In this document: piece after piece, positions 60,745-64,000 of the stretch
Layout: every line of letters begins with the position of its first letter
Numbering within the stretch: the stretch's first letter is position 1
Assembly (NCBI GenBank): GCA_000165425.1
Contig: CT868012.1
Span: 62,001 to 126,000 of the forward strand
Origin: Paramecium tetraurelia
Lineage: Eukaryota
Reading direction: 5' to 3'
Length of the DNA stretch: 64,000 bases
The notes under the pieces: generated by a model
What the model saw: the letters and a program-made list of their open reading frames with translations, nothing else
Database searches by the model: none
What the model was told of the DNA's origin: nothing
Program-made: the position numbers and the translations under genes

Positions 60745-61886
60745 ATGCTTTTAAAAAGTCTCTTTAGATTTTGCTCATTAAAGAGGTACAATTTCTAGGA
60801 TATTCTGATGTTGTAGAGATTTTCATAAGAGGAAAGTAAAAACCTTAATCTCAAGTAAGAGGGTATCATTGTTTAATAGCAACCTTTTTAGTTTTATTTT
60901 TCTACTTCCACAGCAAGAAGGTGTTCATCAAAGCTGAAGGGACTGTTCTTGAACTCCAATAGGCCATCAGGAAATAGATCGATGATGTGAAGAGTGTTGG
61001 AGTATATTAATAAACAACGAATGATGAATAAGTTGAATATGCATCCTCCACGCCCATGCAATTGGTTTTGGCAGAAGACATGGTTTTAAGATTGAACTAG
61101 ACAGAAAACTACATAATACTTAATAAAGTAGATAATCCTCCGGTAATTGATTTGATTGATAACTATCCAATCACATAACATGCATTGCATGAATATTTCT
61201 AAGAAATTGATGTGCCTTAAAGAACAAAGGTTGTGTTGAGCAATTTTATCTAAAAACTATTGTCTGAAATCGAGAAACATAAGGAGTTGACTTATGATAA
61301 GGATTTGATAATGTTGATAATAAAGAAGGTGATAATGAAATTGGGTATATACTCTCAGGCACAGAAGCAGGTAATTGATGAGTAGATTTCATTCCTGGAA
61401 GGCAAATAGAATCGGTTAGCTCATTTGAAGGATTCCATCATAAAGGAGTTGGAAATGAAGGAATAGACTACTTTGTATTAGATTTACTTTTACATTCTCA
61501 TGCAAATAGCATTTACTCAATATGGAACATATGTGGTTTGGGGTTGGGATGTGATGGAGCCTGTGACTTTTATGCTCGGAGTCACTGACATGATTATCGC
61601 CTATTAGTTTTGGATGAAAACGACTAAGGCCTATACATTTGGAAATGTATTATAGAATGCTGTGAATAAACATTTGAGTAAACGACTGGCTGAATAATTT
61701 AATTATGCAGATGAATTGAATGATGTTAATAGAATGATAGAATATTTGAAATTTAAGTAGATGGTTTATAGCAGTGATATTTACGAGGTGATAAGTGTAA
61801 TAGAGGGAGCCATTGAGGAGAAATAAGCAAAGTTATAGGCATAAGAGGAGGAAGAGGAATAATTGAGATCAATATTCTATCATTGA
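60745..61886 (+). CDS. MCU: Mitochondrial calcium uniporter (MCU) family protein (~370 aa)
   Basis: Presequence-like MLLKSLFRFCSLKRY, coiled coil, then two TMs flanking the pore motif WGWDVMEPVTF. 29-nt intron near 60863-60891. Confidence 0.9.
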
Positions 61887-61918
61887 ATGTATAAATAAAT
61901 ATAATAATAATATAATTA

Positions 61919-63110
61919 ATGGTTGAACCCCCTACACTGTTTTCTAATCCAATAAAGACTTTGTATCTGTTTACGATAGTCTTATTTAATTATGCCAAAG
62001 ATGCAGTAAAATATTTAAGTAAATTTTGGCACATCATTGGATTTTTGACTTTGGTTGTGATTGCTCCTAGATTTGTGGAAGGAGAACACTAAGGAGTATA
62101 ATCTAAATATGAATATTGTTTAGTTGGTAAGACAGGCTGATGAAATTGCATATTTTATGTTATATTGGCTAGTATTGGGAATCATGTCATCTGTGGGTTT
62201 GGGAACTGGTTTGCACACATTTGTGTTGTACTTGGGTCCTCATATAGCTAAGACAACAATTCAGGCTTATGAGTGCAATGCGTTACCTTTATTTGTGCCA
62301 TCTAAATATGCTACTCAATATGTGGAATGTCCAAAAGAAGCAACTGGCATTACTATGTTTGACATTATAAGGCAGGTGTATTTTGAGACAGTTCTTTTTG
62401 GAATTGGTACCGCAATTAGGTGAATTGCCACCATATTTTGTTGCCAGAGCTGCTGCATTGGGCTAACAAGAAATTGGAAGAGTTGGATGAAGTTTTTGGA
62501 GAAAAAAGATGAAAGTAAGATTGTCTATCTATCTAATATTTAGATTCCTTTATGCATAGAATGAAATTGCTTATTTACAATAAATTATAGAAAAATGCAT
62601 TCCTTACTGTGATGTTATGTGCATCAATTCCAAATCCCTTATTTGTTTGGCAGGTATCACGTGCGGTCACTTTCTGATTTCCTTCTGGACTTTCTTCGGA
62701 GCAACTGTTTTGGGAAAGGCATTCATAAAAATGCACATTCAGGTATTTAGATAATTTGATGTATTCTCTTTTAGTTGCCAATGACTGTGTTTGTTTTCTC
62801 TTAGGAACCAGTCAAAGCGTTACTCAACTTGATCCAAAAATATATTCCCTTTATATATTAATTTTTAAGTGATTTACTTGATAAGCAGAGATAACAATTA
62901 AGAGATCCTTCTCTTTTCAAAGAAGGGACCAAACCTTTGTTGGCTTAATTGTGGGATTATTTCATCATTCTTATGATAGGCTTCTTTATGATTTCCATAG
63001 TGAATAGTTTGGTAGCTCAATATGTGACTGAGCAAGAGTAGGAGAAGAAGAAGAACAAGAAAGATCCTGCTGAAGATCGCAAGAACAATAAAAAAGTAAA
63101 AAGCTCTTGA
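61919..63110 (+). CDS. VMP1: VMP1/TMEM49 homolog with apparent frameshifts (sequence error or young pseudogene)
   Basis: [41 protein letters not shown] and [28 protein letters not shown]. These motifs are split across frames by single-base indels. Confidence 0.88.
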
Positions 63111-63165
63111 AAATGACTATTAAAAGGAAAAGTAAAATTTAGATTTATCAATTATTATTTTTTTA

Positions 63166-64000
63166 ATGAACAAGAATTCCCCATCACCTAGTTCACCAAC
63201 CCCCGTGATTTTGGTGTTGGTCACCAATAAATAGGGGAAAGTGCTTGAACATAGTCAGTTTTTCAGAACCTTCTCTGTCTTCGGATAAGTTAAAAAGGTA
63301 TTTATAGTCTCTCATTGATTTAAGATTCTAATATTCGAAAGAAAAATCATCTGGAAAGTATTCATCGAATACGAAACAGCCCAACAGGCTCAATAAGCAC
63401 TTATCTTAGATGGTACTCTCTTCGATTACTAACTGAAAATGAGAGTCCACCTTAGCTAACGAGATTCCCTTGTGTTTTAGAATAACAACAATTGCGGCGT
63501 AGGTATAACTTTATTTAAACATCGAAGATTACACTACTCTTCAATCCAAATAGTAATTTTTCCAACAACTGAAGGAAGATTCAAATTCCCTCAATTAATA
63601 ATTACAACAGAACCTTGATATTTTGAATCAATGTATTACTCAGCTCAATCAGACTACTGATTTAAAAGAACAAATTTCCCTCATCCAGTAGATCCAAGAG
63701 TATCGCAATCAAACCCAACAGCTCACCGTCCTGTATTAGCAACAACTACGCAATTACGCTTCCGTGCTCCAACGAGAAGGCAAGAAACAAAAATAGATCA
63801 TATCTTCAACCACAACACCCTCTCCCTCCCCTTTTCAGCACTCCACCGTTGACTCCATAAGACAACAAATCCTTGAGGAATCGTCTGAAGACGACAAAGA
63901 GGAGTTCTCAGATGGAGAAAGCATCTCCTCCGAATAGTCGCCCAAGTCTTAAAAATCTGTCCATTCCGATGACAACTACAACGAAGTCTTTTGTAATGAG
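63166..64000 (+). CDS. RRM protein of PTB/hnRNP L type (3' truncated by window)
   Basis: PVILVLV..FFRTFSVFGQVKK, then an intron at 63298-63324, then ILIFERKIIWKVFIEYETAQQAQQALILDG..LKMRVHLS..LVFQNNN. Confidence 0.8.

Noticed and set aside
17969..63110. Autophagy/endolysosome gene cluster (Atg8-like, LITAF, BEACH, VMP1)
   Set aside because: The genes are spread over 45 kb among unrelated ones, so chance co-occurrence is sufficient.

Overview
AT-rich, very gene-dense eukaryotic DNA with the hallmarks of a ciliate macronuclear chromosome, most likely Paramecium (inference). TAA and TAG read as Gln, TGA is the only stop, introns are tiny (about 21-29 nt, GT..AG) and several intergenic gaps are under 30 bp. 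The supplied ORF track treats TAA/TAG as stops, so it breaks real genes into fragments; I re-read the genes by eye with translation table 6. The window holds about 28 genes: TMEM43-like, three large secreted or type-I membrane proteins, an SP-RING-like + Ulp1-like fusion, a GPCR-PIPK fusion, an ABCC transporter, a CDPK, an Atg8-like protein, kinesin-14, an FLVCR-type MFS transporter, a ~4,000-aa HECT ligase, a CBM9/DOMON-like protein, a B-box/TPR protein, an importin-alpha-like protein, LITAF, a BEACH/WD40 protein, Ran, a decayed Rpn11 pseudogene, a Ser/Thr kinase, RPL38, CK2-beta, MCU, a frameshifted VMP1 and a PTB/hnRNP-L-type RRM gene. The most unusual items are three apparently catalytically or conjugation-dead derivatives: the SP-RING/pseudo-SUMO-protease fusion, the GPCR fused to a pseudo-PIP kinase, and the Atg8-like protein with no C-terminal Gly. 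I saw no rRNA, tRNA, CRISPR array, telomere or transposon. All domain calls come from motif recognition by eye, not database searches.
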